Shown here piece after piece: positions 10,501 through 17,429 of a stretch of 48,697 nucleotides of DNA. Below the pieces are notes generated by a model. It did no database searches, had not been told where the DNA came from, and saw nothing but the letters and a program-made list of their open reading frames with translations. The position numbers and the translations under genes were made by a program. The DNA comes from Candidatus Avispirillum sp. GTDB taxonomy: Bacteria > Bacillota > Clostridia > Oscillospirales > CAG-272. Every line of letters begins with the position of its first letter. Position 1 is the first letter of the stretch. The stretch covers positions 1 to 48,697 of the forward strand of contig JAZUGU010000100.1 in assembly GCA_045641325.1 (NCBI GenBank). The letters run 5' to 3'.

Positions 10501-13500
10501 TGACGTCCCCCAATATCTATTGGTCACGCAGCTTCCCCAATACGGCATCTGTGCTGAACGGGGAAGAGATCGCCATTGATTATTTCGCAGCAGACGAAAC
10601 GGGCGTTGCATCAGTCACCGTCAACGGTGTCCCCGTTGAGATTTCAGAACCCGGACAAAGACTTATAAAGCTCAGCCACGTCTTCTCCGAAAACGGCCAG
10701 TATACGTTTACTGTAACCGATATCGACGGTAATACAACAAAGCATTCCTTCGGTGTCCATTGGTTCGGAGACCATATCAACAAGGATGCCCTCAGCGAAT
10801 GTCCCGATTTCCGTGACAGCGACGTTAAGGTCCTTGACGGGGGCGAGCACGAGCTGGGAGAAAAAAGGGCAGAGCGAGTCATCATAGCAACGTCATACGA
10901 TCCCGATGAACTCGAGGGCGAGCTCTTCCGCGGATATACAAACGGAAACGGAACGGTAAGTATCCCCGAAAACGAAGTAAACGTTGCGGAGAGACCGTTC
11001 TCCGATGATAAGTATACCGCAGGCATAGATGCAAAAACCAACGGCTTCTACATCATGCGAGTTGTCGCAGAAAACGGCACGTGGAGCCAGACCGTGCTCG
11101 ACATAGACAATCTCATTACGGCGGAAACCGCTCTGAATGTTGAACTGTCAGAGGACGGTAAAGCGCTCGAAATAGAGGTTGATGCACAGAAGACAGGCGT
11201 TGTACCGCTTTACGTAAAAGTAAACGGCTATAAGCTTTCTCCCGCACCCACCGAGCTTCTGAGCCGCTACGTGTTCCCGATAACCTGCGGCGGCACCTAT
11301 GAGATTGAAGTGTTCAACGGCACGGATACTTACCGCGCGAAAGTTACACCCGAATGTAAAGTGACCCTTGAAAATGACGGAATTATTGCCGCTTCTCCCG
11401 TACCGGAAGGTGCAGAGAACGGACTTATAATGGCAGATACGGAAAAACTCTCCGGAGGCACTTATGATCCCGCGCTTTCCGATCCTGCAAAGAACGTCTA
11501 CAAGGTAAACTACGAATTCGCACTCGTTGAGGGCGAAAAGGAAACCGAGCTCAGAAACGGCACGGCAGGCACGTGGGGTGACGAAAATATGTTTGAAAAC
11601 CTCAAGGCCAGCCGCTATACACTCGGTATCCGTGATAAGAACGATCCCGATAACGTTTACGTCACGTTCGTCACCATCGGCAAAACTCCGAAGATAGACG
11701 GTGAATTCACCATTGACGGAGAAATGTCGGCGGGTAGCAAAGTAAAAGCGGTTTTATCCGAAAAAGATTATCTCGGCACGCTCAGCTATCAGTGGTACCG
11801 TACAAAGGACGGCACCGAGGAAAAGATAGAAGGCGCAGATCAGGCTGAATACACGGTAACCGAGGATGATTTCTTCTGCTATCTCAGCTGTAAGGTAACA
11901 AGCTCTTACGAGACCGGTGTCCTTTCGGCATCCGGTACAGACCTTGTGACGGTAGGCGCTGAAGGCTGGGACGGCGAGTACGACGGAAAACCTCACGGGA
12001 TCTCGGTCAATAAGACCGAAAGGGAAGACGTTACGGTGTCCTATACCGTGACGGATACCGTTCCCGGAAAGGCTCCCACGTTCACCGACGCAGGTGAATA
12101 TACCGTTGATTATTATCTGGTGACCAATCCTCCCAGATATATACCCGGCACAACGAGATATTACGGCGATATGGTTGCTTCCTCCGAAAAAGTGACCATC
12201 GCAAGAAGAGATATATCCTCCGCAAATATCGTTTTCGAAAACGTCACTTATGACGGCACCGAAAAGCAGTTTAAGATAAGATCTATCACCGCAGGCGGTG
12301 TCAACGTCACCAATTACGATATCACCGGAGAGTTGTCCGGTGTCAATGCCGGAAAGTATACCATAACGGTCACCGGCAAGGGCAACTTCTGCGGCAGCAT
12401 CACCCTTGATTGGGAGATCCTTCCCAAGGATATAAGAAATGCGGAGATCACCCTTGAGGAAACCGCGCACGTGTTCGATTTCACGGAGCAGACCTGCAGC
12501 GTTGAAAAGGTAACTATCGGTGCGCTCACGGTCGATACCTATACGGTTTCCGGCAATAAGGCGACCGATGCCGGCGAATACACGCTCACCGTTTCCGGAA
12601 CGGGCAACTATACCGGAAAAGCGGTTATCACGTGGACCGTCGCACCTCTCGATATTACCGGGGCGGAAATCAAACCCGCAGAGCATACATTCCTTTACTC
12701 CGGCGAAAATATCACGATCGCTCCGGAAGACCTTACCGTAACGCTTGACGGCAAGAACATCCCCGTGGATGCAAATGCTTCCGTAAGCGGAAACGAGGGC
12801 ACGGATAAGGGCCTCTATACTCTCAGTATTGACGGAAGCGGCAACTATACGGGAAGAGCAAAGACCGATTGGAGAATAGTGTCCGATGACTTTGCCAATG
12901 CAGTCGTGACATTTGAGGAAAAAGAGATCCTCAGAGACGGTAAAGAGCATACTCCCGTGATTAAATCCGTGACTGTTGACGGCATCCCGCTCGACCCCGA
13001 TGATTATACCGTCAGCGGTCAGACGTCGGGATCCGAGGCAGGAACCTATGAGATCACCCTTACGGCAAAAGAACCCCTGCACGGCGCCGTTACCGCAGAG
13101 TGGAAGATCCTTTCCAACGATATCAAGGATGCCACCGTGGTATTCTACGATACGACTTATAACGGCAAGGACCAGACGTGCCGTGTGAAAGATCTTTATA
13201 TGGACGGCAGACGGATCACGAGCTATACCGTCACCGGAGAGAAGACCGCAAAGAACGCAGGCGATCACCTCGTCACGATCATCGCATCCGGCGCATATGA
13301 AGGAACGCTCAATGCATACTGGACGATAGATCCCAGGGATATCACCTATTGCACCGCCGTTCCCGAAACGTTCATTTATAACGGCGCACCTCAGGATCTG
13401 AAGTTTGTCAGCGTAAAGGTTGGAGAGCTTGATGCCGAGTACGACCTTATGGGCAAGATCCGTGAAACCGATGCAGGTACTTACGATGCAGTCATCGTGG

Positions 13501-14810
13501 GTACGGGTAACTTCTGCGGACAGAAGAAAGTGGAATGGACCATCTCTCCCAAGGATATAACGGGCGCTGAGGTAAAACTCGGTACGACAACTTATAATGC
13601 AAGGATTCATAATCCTCCCATTGAGTCCGTGACAATAGACGGCATGGATGTAACGTACCGTATTTTCGGCGAAACGCAGAGCATCAGCGCCGGCAAACAC
13701 GTATTGACCATCGAGGGCACAGGAAACTTCTGCGGTCAGATAAATACCAAGTGGGAGATCCTCCCCTGCGATCTTTCCGAATGCACTATTACCTCAAAAC
13801 CCATCGAGTATTCCGGCGGCGAGGTCATGGCGCGTGCGTACATCAGAACGCCCGACGGCCAGACCCTCGATACGTATACCTATTCTTCCGACTTCAACGT
13901 AAAGAATTATAAGGCGACCGAGGTAGGCAATTACGTAATGACAGTGACCAGCAGAGGCAATAACTTCTCCGAGGGCACCTTTGAGGTACCGTGGGAAATA
14001 ATCCCCAGAGATATTTCCGATGCAAGAGTAAACCTCGAAAGATCGAAGTTCGTCTATACCGGGGAAGATGTCACCTGCAATGTACTTTCCGTATATGACG
14101 GAACTACAAAGGTAACCGATTTCGAGGTCACCGGAAACGTTGAAAAGGATGTAGGAAAGCACCTGCTGACGATCACAGGACATGGCAACTTCACCGGAAG
14201 CGTGACCGCGGAATGGCAGATAGCTCCCGGAACGTCGGCTCATTTCCTCACCTATGCGGATTACGAGCTCGATGAGCCCACCTATAACGGTAAAAAGCAG
14301 ACCTGCACGATCAGAATATTCGTCAACGGCCAAGAGGTCGACGATTATACGGTATCCGGCAACACAGGCACAGATGCAGGAGAATATGAGCTCACGGTAT
14401 ACGGTACCGGCAAATATGAGGGCGAAGTATTCAAGATCCCGTGGAGGATCGCACCAAAGCACGTTGACTCGTCCGATATCATCGTTGCGGCAGAAGATCC
14501 TGTGTTCAACGGAACAAAGCAGACCTGTGCAATAAAGAAAATCACGGTAAACGGTGTCGAGATCACCGATTATGACGTAGTGGGCAATACGGCATCCGCA
14601 CCCGGCGAATACGAAATGACAGTAACGCTCAAAGGCAATTACAGCGGCAGCGTCACCGTCAAATGGTCGGTGCTTCCGTCAGTATCGGATGATCCCGTTC
14701 CCACCCCTGTAACGGGTGATACTTCATCAGCGGCAATGTGGGCAGTATTGATGCTCGTATCGGCAATAGGCATCCTCCTCGCATCCCGCAAACGCAAAAA
14801 GAATTATTAA
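1545..14810 (+). CDS. Giant (4421 aa) secreted, putatively sortase-anchored surface protein with Calx-beta and Ig-like/MBG-like domains
   Basis: Sec signal peptide MLKRSLALVLTLVLILTSLPVNAIA; Calx-beta motifs (IGFETSKISV...VKRTG...VSYTTEDGTAKAGKQY...G.L.FGP..TETIEIP); YQWYR-type Ig-like domain; YDGKPHGI...FTDAGEYTV MBG-like module; 11 C-terminal repeats; TPVTGD plus hydrophobic helix plus RKRKK tail. No catalytic motif recognised. Confidence 0.8.
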   Translation: MLKRSLALVLTLVLILTSLPVNAIAASKGNNSIISDAGQNPANLPVSQEDIVLKPENAEIDYDEKWNKLYPYGTFAFADAGSTICEGAKDGSNTAFIPVYRIGGTDGTATVIVKYSPTVYAIDENHTSFSWAISSEDDIELSYEKASPLTDYQKISMPEIVPAPAGAEIGADVYDGEGAENSEKPVKLYPVFPEGKEVKCIDYQWQYHINGYSERDWVSLDNAKDPALIIDLCDISDDNGDPMYDYRLIYQTEDGYFCTPSLFDGKTFDPSSYDALDVPDDIDLTDNGEFEKLVPSEKFAGYEFPITFGDGEWVKYIKATALDNSEYELDEMGVFTLYECIGGQTSDLCNTYTITISDDDDNDIRESTIGFETSKISVSADEDSVMLEVKRTGDLRYMTTVSYTTEDGTAKAGKQYAQVSGDLMFGPDNDTETIEIPLISGDSRTEEMTFSVSLSAVRGGNGACTVSETAGKAEITLPSTAKSINTRQYGMLGAGNNISSVLAMPENAEFIESEESETPLLYDGSLEGSVSSPDDDIELIEAAGIKEGSFGIYDYDAVSLRRTADYANSSIYWKNNETPYYSDPASSVNDSVNYILRGATFNDKGELKPKSDGLGILSANYDTKTPAALDIKNAGYLFSHVQYKFDVTKVATCGQFLGIGYNYTMPWLNVKIGQNKTFCDFDPQDSESHPLKKMSFSNEQDLSFAPEDFHIDMNMTLNDAGEDSTKHESFVYVPGGKTVLQLSDLDFTRRQMTGTANIALRIFTANDDDSDNYVLAKEVYNSLRPKVTLVPGASGVTEEGFLYAGSRICVTLGYAASFRAYNKGENPDKTVFVTRLDGTAVPASVESSDGNSYYITFLWDNITEADLAAEYRINVVYERAQNISFDISPSLERDQAGNVRTDAESVGHSWENVFKNGSKETTVKVTYSKYDPTAGTDSGFVTKELSMPFSEIIADTSTPKGVISAKDTGVTNIQSVNFGLPTADVILFNGEQYAGDETILLCAAELTMPELTFTFYDEQYLNVENIMNLSISHKELYCDTNANGKIDGYYDQASGLFILDEKSGDTFCGIVGNEIPDDVLQPMINIKGNVAQYFFKVYYTMTPRALRDGEGTAQIIPAFVPQNTDAVSLSKLTYEQKSYRMIKAGATEIAPFDKSTGERGKAYSVPDTSEGHAMFGAAATKQTTLDIPLGGDVRSFRKVKINGIEKALDLPDYAGNLKFGFADPETFVITNLNGDSEEITDVNGYLGSFINNTSFVVGVQETREMKSQDDFNAESVTNGDVYAVPASNTAAIAGATKDQDATVNVGGTANMATELADLDTELLLPTMSLSALGVSANYLNNNQLLVSFGLTLFQTDFLKKDTPTETKTEVEGDEKKTTETEKKEDGTVEKETVTNKDNKSVISEQTTVKKETTVSDGEKESVIEQSFTQKENKDGSKEASILIEDKTTGDKLEIKDEAKAGEELEVLGEGFEKKVQTEKSGYFSDYLKKSLANSFDLADYIDAIKEYRKNKTTPFDEIRNFDKASNKWKKSFTFTLILQAYAVFEYNPLEGGWGIAAANASLTGVLAFSAKVRIPVAPLFYFFVNVTITVSAGADWEFANDYKTVDEIVPDGMTASETYSLANTGDSILFEVDTNKNDADGFRMKLNGKAYMKVSTDPDFDELALKGTLNSDGTDYTDVNLEDYGSHLYVLLTAKEDGVSISELNTVKCSLESSIDNGSLYAEFNFEIGLGAGIDLAKAEAYFRINAKATLPFRPTLFVDNFTLHGAVSFRIRLLMFEFSMSLVGVTFTGSRENGYGSPMEYNTYFEKFGDKERLNSTADEVAVGVSAPTSSASTQELFASYTPREGENAFHPTDTDVKFELSGYSGTGDAFKLADHLNGGYTYKGIEYNGETYILYMISDPRCRDNTLNASRLVLSKVVTIGENPGIQNPFDENSDTPYVMVDSQSDPLLRTGDLSFDCTVKDGKLTVVYTCYDTHFTSSDVLSVEDAGKHTVVKKTSVDLSDPASAAFETPVKLTGHAETYRFMPVSTESTVFYGETVNDTTVSQRDADLRAYMKAVYGINDEDYTDKDVDASKAQMVYRYLTQKAQRDLLGDSSRIAAVKEDGTVVNSDFGTKSGEILTQLKAVKIDSRYAVFYITEQDAYFGPDGKTQTADQFDENTDYAVITRLYMNVFNGTIWHTAKLLRQTVNFEHFTSSSSDDCMLRDGVYENGSLVREVVDPSISNIAFLSADLDGEGVKPVFTVEMDDNTYLINNENILRLVNGRTYTMQPIFSAETGTGLTIAADKNGNMAMAYIKVMDGTDSNAVYCAWWDKELGTWGEGSILAMNHLSVYENSVKYRLSAEQLEKAYLGDPTGNAEYDEYTNGENSEKGALDRFVFSRIQMLPSTQTYKFGDGRTEEREQLILLTDGTYSELEKGTHEVDGEEEEYLYESENYGNGFYAISFGSGEQAVGNASVEFDSGNFSCGTVLTGTASFTNIGSAAIRGSADQPVSVKLIAVSDDTGYYQVLDEFNVNYMIPSGSTVSLDFSTQPLQENLPSGTEFVLYISEDAEYISGSGGTAFSSVTDPLYTIRGGADIGIESLEYELISMDDDFVTVGTEFVVVNRGNETADGLFVQYSAVENKGDESEKLYPLDLTGSELRVSNETVITENYSNDVTNDIGAGVIALVDENGDDHLSSGYMRTVTGTLKIARDDFSRFGDKGLDLRCTLYSDSDNFTVNNDQYEKLGTKETARSDNAVTKLLSHDTSFSVPSNISMNLDNTLRVPIAFTSTNVDNDVVIREITDGSESWTSLFNDVYFDVSHKSVVATARKTGHTIIQIEDRETNSFREIAVTVKNDGYGINIFNDDNSFTFMNADGSDVKDDPIHADWDFRSDTKTWSGDYNVPMSEDYCYANKAGASVSFETVGTTLTVHYSGKIEVTSDLYPDKVFTGDNTGKTDEPLVIRFDNLDGKRQTVTIKALTEGTELDKYTAAYPEDTGVITKSDMTSPNIYWSRSFPNTASVLNGEEIAIDYFAADETGVASVTVNGVPVEISEPGQRLIKLSHVFSENGQYTFTVTDIDGNTTKHSFGVHWFGDHINKDALSECPDFRDSDVKVLDGGEHELGEKRAERVIIATSYDPDELEGELFRGYTNGNGTVSIPENEVNVAERPFSDDKYTAGIDAKTNGFYIMRVVAENGTWSQTVLDIDNLITAETALNVELSEDGKALEIEVDAQKTGVVPLYVKVNGYKLSPAPTELLSRYVFPITCGGTYEIEVFNGTDTYRAKVTPECKVTLENDGIIAASPVPEGAENGLIMADTEKLSGGTYDPALSDPAKNVYKVNYEFALVEGEKETELRNGTAGTWGDENMFENLKASRYTLGIRDKNDPDNVYVTFVTIGKTPKIDGEFTIDGEMSAGSKVKAVLSEKDYLGTLSYQWYRTKDGTEEKIEGADQAEYTVTEDDFFCYLSCKVTSSYETGVLSASGTDLVTVGAEGWDGEYDGKPHGISVNKTEREDVTVSYTVTDTVPGKAPTFTDAGEYTVDYYLVTNPPRYIPGTTRYYGDMVASSEKVTIARRDISSANIVFENVTYDGTEKQFKIRSITAGGVNVTNYDITGELSGVNAGKYTITVTGKGNFCGSITLDWEILPKDIRNAEITLEETAHVFDFTEQTCSVEKVTIGALTVDTYTVSGNKATDAGEYTLTVSGTGNYTGKAVITWTVAPLDITGAEIKPAEHTFLYSGENITIAPEDLTVTLDGKNIPVDANASVSGNEGTDKGLYTLSIDGSGNYTGRAKTDWRIVSDDFANAVVTFEEKEILRDGKEHTPVIKSVTVDGIPLDPDDYTVSGQTSGSEAGTYEITLTAKEPLHGAVTAEWKILSNDIKDATVVFYDTTYNGKDQTCRVKDLYMDGRRITSYTVTGEKTAKNAGDHLVTIIASGAYEGTLNAYWTIDPRDITYCTAVPETFIYNGAPQDLKFVSVKVGELDAEYDLMGKIRETDAGTYDAVIVGTGNFCGQKKVEWTISPKDITGAEVKLGTTTYNARIHNPPIESVTIDGMDVTYRIFGETQSISAGKHVLTIEGTGNFCGQINTKWEILPCDLSECTITSKPIEYSGGEVMARAYIRTPDGQTLDTYTYSSDFNVKNYKATEVGNYVMTVTSRGNNFSEGTFEVPWEIIPRDISDARVNLERSKFVYTGEDVTCNVLSVYDGTTKVTDFEVTGNVEKDVGKHLLTITGHGNFTGSVTAEWQIAPGTSAHFLTYADYELDEPTYNGKKQTCTIRIFVNGQEVDDYTVSGNTGTDAGEYELTVYGTGKYEGEVFKIPWRIAPKHVDSSDIIVAAEDPVFNGTKQTCAIKKITVNGVEITDYDVVGNTASAPGEYEMTVTLKGNYSGSVTVKWSVLPSVSDDPVPTPVTGDTSSAAMWAVLMLVSAIGILLASRKRKKNY
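2646..2985 (+). other. Calx-beta domain (intact copy)
   Basis: IGFETSKISVSADEDSVMLEVKRTGDLRYMTTVSYTTEDGTAKAGKQYAQVSGDLMFGPDNDTETIEIPLI matches the Calx-beta pattern. Confidence 0.8.
12207..14678 (+). repeat. 11 tandem divergent ~72-80-aa Ig-like stalk repeats
   Basis: Each unit runs xDIxxAxV...YxGxxQ...vxG....aGxYxlTvxGxGNfxG....WxIxP; 11 counted by eye. They are diverged at DNA level. Confidence 0.8.
14703..14807 (+). other. Cell-wall sorting signal (LPXTG-like TPVTG-D, TM helix, basic tail)
   Basis: TPVTGDTSSAAMWAVLMLVSAIGILLASRKRKKNY at the extreme C-terminus. Confidence 0.75.
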
Positions 14811-14815
14811 TATCC

Positions 14816-14839
14816 GCGGGGCAGGTAAAACTGCCCCGT
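14816..14839 (+). other. GC-rich intercistronic stem-loop without a U-tract
   Basis: gcggggcag-gtaaaa-ctgccccgt (9-bp stem with one G-U pair), followed by gcatacc rather than a T-run. Confidence 0.6.
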
Positions 14840-14864
14840 GCATACCGTAAAAGCGGAGGCAAAT

Positions 14865-17426
14865 ATGAAAAGGACTACTTATAAAGGAAAAGCTCTTGAG
14901 AATATCTCGTTTCCTCTCGGCGGAATAGGCACCGGATGCATAGGACTTGCGGGCAACGGAAGCCTTGTGGACTGGGAAATATATAACGGCCCCAATAAAG
15001 GCTCCGATAACGGATTTTCCCACTTTGCCGTAAAGACGGAAAAGGACGGTAAAGTCGTAGATGCAAGAGTGCTGAACGGCGACAGAACGAAAGACCTTCT
15101 CGGTCAGCTGGGCAAGGGCTTCGGCCACGGCATGTCAAACGTTACCATGGCAGGCTTTCCCCATTTCAGAGACTGTACGTTCACCGGAGAATTCCCCATA
15201 GCAGAGCTTACGCTGTCGGATGAGGATTTTCCCGGCTGTGCAAAGGTCACGGCGTTCAATCCGCTGATACCTCTTGATTCGGATTCTTCAAGCCTTCCGG
15301 TCGCCATGTTCAGCATAGAGCTTGAAAACACCACGGATTCACCTCTCTGCTATACCTTGTCGGCAGTTCTCAGAAATCCCCGCTGGAAATCCGTCAATAA
15401 AGCAATACGCAAAGAGAACATGACGGGTATATTCCTTGACAGCGCAGACAACAGGGAAGACAGTACGGACTATTGTGAAATGACGCTGGCAACACCCGAT
15501 ACGGAAGATGTGTTCCCGGAGGAATACTGGTTCAGAGGTATGTGGTATGACCACATAGAAACGTATTGGAGAGAGCTCACGACAGCGGGATTTCCCGCGG
15601 AGCGTAAGTATGACACTCCCGGTACCAACGACCATTCCACGCTTTTCGTGAAAAAGAGTGCTGAGCCCGGTGAAAAAGTGATTTTCCGCTTCGTGCTCTC
15701 ATGGAATAAGCCTCTGTTTGAAAACTGGTGGCTGCCTCCGAAAAATCCCGACGGCACGGAAAACAGAGTGAAGCTTAAAAATTATTATTCCACCCGTTTC
15801 CCCACCTCAAAGGACAGCGCGGAGTATGCCATCACAAACTGGGAAAGACTCTGGAACGGCACGAAGAAATTTCACGATGCGCTTTTCTCCTCAACACTTC
15901 CCGAAGAAGTGATAGACGCTGTCTCCTCCACGGTGTCCGTGCTGAAAACGCCCACCTGCCTCCGCATCGGTGAAAAGGGCGATTTCTGGGGCTGGGAGGG
16001 ACTCGGCGAACACGCCGGCTCCTGCGAGGGTACCTGTACCCACGTGTGGAATTACGTGTACTCCACCTGTTTCCTGTTCCCGGATATTGAAAGAAATATA
16101 AGAGAAAACGATTATAAATATAATCAGCAGCCCTCAGGTGAAATGAGTTTCAGAACAAAGCTTCCCTTCGGAAGCGAGCCCGGTACCAACAGAGGCTGTC
16201 TTGACGGCACCATGGGCGGCGTCATGAAGACCTACCGCGAGTGGAAACTCTCCGGCGATGACGAATGGCTCCGCAGTATATGGGGAAGTGTAAAACGCTC
16301 TCTCGAATACGCATGGAGCGAAGAAAACAAAGATGCGTGGGATCGCGACCGTGACGGCGTTGCGGAAGGCCGTCAGCACCATACACTCGATATGGAGCTT
16401 TTCGGACCTTCCTCCTGGCTTGAGGGCTTCTACCTCGGAGCGCTTAAAGCGGGCTCCGAAATGGCACGTTATCTGGGAGATCCGGATGCCGATCTTTATG
16501 AAGAGCTCTTTGAAAACGGCAAAAAATGGACTCGTGAAAACCTTTTCAACGGGAAATACTTTATTCAGAAACTCGACCTTAACGACAGAAAGCTTCTGGA
16601 AAAATACTGTAACGGTACGGTAGATATATTCGGCAACGATGCCACGGAATCGTACTGGAACTCCGAAACCGGCGAGATTAAATATCAGATCGGAGAGGGC
16701 TGCGAGATAGACCAGATGCTTGCACAATGGCACGCAGATATCCTCGGGCTCGGCGATCTTTTCGATCCCGGGCAGGTGGATATCGCATTGCACAGCATGT
16801 ATAAAAACAATTTCAAGCCCGATATGAGAAAGGTTGCCAATCCTTTCCGTATCTTCGCTCTCAACGGTGATGCCGGAGCCATCATGTGCGATTTCCCCGA
16901 AGGCGCAAGAAGGCCCACTATCCCCATCCTCACCTCCTGCGAGACCATGCACGGATTTGAGTATTCGTTCGCAGGGCTTCTCATGAGCCGCGGACTTATC
17001 GATGAGGGCCTTTCCGTGGTACGGGGCGTCCGTGACAGATATAACGGCGAAAAGAGAAACCCCTGGAACGAGATCGAATGCGGCTCAAACTACGCGCGCA
17101 GTATGTCAAGCTTTTCGTTCCTGCCCATCCTTTCCGGCATGAGCTTCGATGCCGTGAAATACCATCTGGGCTTTGAGCCGAAGCTGAACACCGACGATTT
17201 CCGGGTATTCTTTTCAAACGGAACAGCCTGGGGAATATACGAAGCCACGAATAACACGGCAAAGATTACCGTCCTCGGCGGAGAGCTGAAGCTGAAAACT
17301 CTTAAAGCGTCCGCGGCAGGGAAGGTGTACGCTGACGGAAAGGAAGTCAGCACATCTTCAGTTGACGGCACCGTTGTGTTCGATACCGCAGTATCGGTTA
17401 AGGAATCTTTGATTGTAAAGGAATAA
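14865..17426 (+). CDS. Glycoside hydrolase family 116 (GBA2-like beta-glycosidase)
   Basis: N-terminal FPLGGIGTGCIGL motif, FTGEFPIAEL, WEG...CEGTCTHVWNY, QHHTLDMELFG, RNPWNEIECGSNYARSMS. Start moved to ATG 14865 (GGAGG at 14855-14859). No signal peptide. Confidence 0.85.
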   Translation: MKRTTYKGKALENISFPLGGIGTGCIGLAGNGSLVDWEIYNGPNKGSDNGFSHFAVKTEKDGKVVDARVLNGDRTKDLLGQLGKGFGHGMSNVTMAGFPHFRDCTFTGEFPIAELTLSDEDFPGCAKVTAFNPLIPLDSDSSSLPVAMFSIELENTTDSPLCYTLSAVLRNPRWKSVNKAIRKENMTGIFLDSADNREDSTDYCEMTLATPDTEDVFPEEYWFRGMWYDHIETYWRELTTAGFPAERKYDTPGTNDHSTLFVKKSAEPGEKVIFRFVLSWNKPLFENWWLPPKNPDGTENRVKLKNYYSTRFPTSKDSAEYAITNWERLWNGTKKFHDALFSSTLPEEVIDAVSSTVSVLKTPTCLRIGEKGDFWGWEGLGEHAGSCEGTCTHVWNYVYSTCFLFPDIERNIRENDYKYNQQPSGEMSFRTKLPFGSEPGTNRGCLDGTMGGVMKTYREWKLSGDDEWLRSIWGSVKRSLEYAWSEENKDAWDRDRDGVAEGRQHHTLDMELFGPSSWLEGFYLGALKAGSEMARYLGDPDADLYEELFENGKKWTRENLFNGKYFIQKLDLNDRKLLEKYCNGTVDIFGNDATESYWNSETGEIKYQIGEGCEIDQMLAQWHADILGLGDLFDPGQVDIALHSMYKNNFKPDMRKVANPFRIFALNGDAGAIMCDFPEGARRPTIPILTSCETMHGFEYSFAGLLMSRGLIDEGLSVVRGVRDRYNGEKRNPWNEIECGSNYARSMSSFSFLPILSGMSFDAVKYHLGFEPKLNTDDFRVFFSNGTAWGIYEATNNTAKITVLGGELKLKTLKASAAGKVYADGKEVSTSSVDGTVVFDTAVSVKESLIVKE

Positions 17427-17429
17427 TTT

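Noticed and set aside
11754-13700. 648-aa antisense ORF inside the giant gene
   Set aside because: It lies fully opposite a clearly coding repeat region, with no RBS or family motif. Long antisense frames are expected from biased codon usage.
1545-14810. Giant protein as a cellulosomal scaffoldin for the nearby dockerins
   Set aside because: I cannot recognise any cohesin repeat, and the 72-80-aa repeats are too short for cohesins (~140 aa). A cohesin HMM search would settle it.
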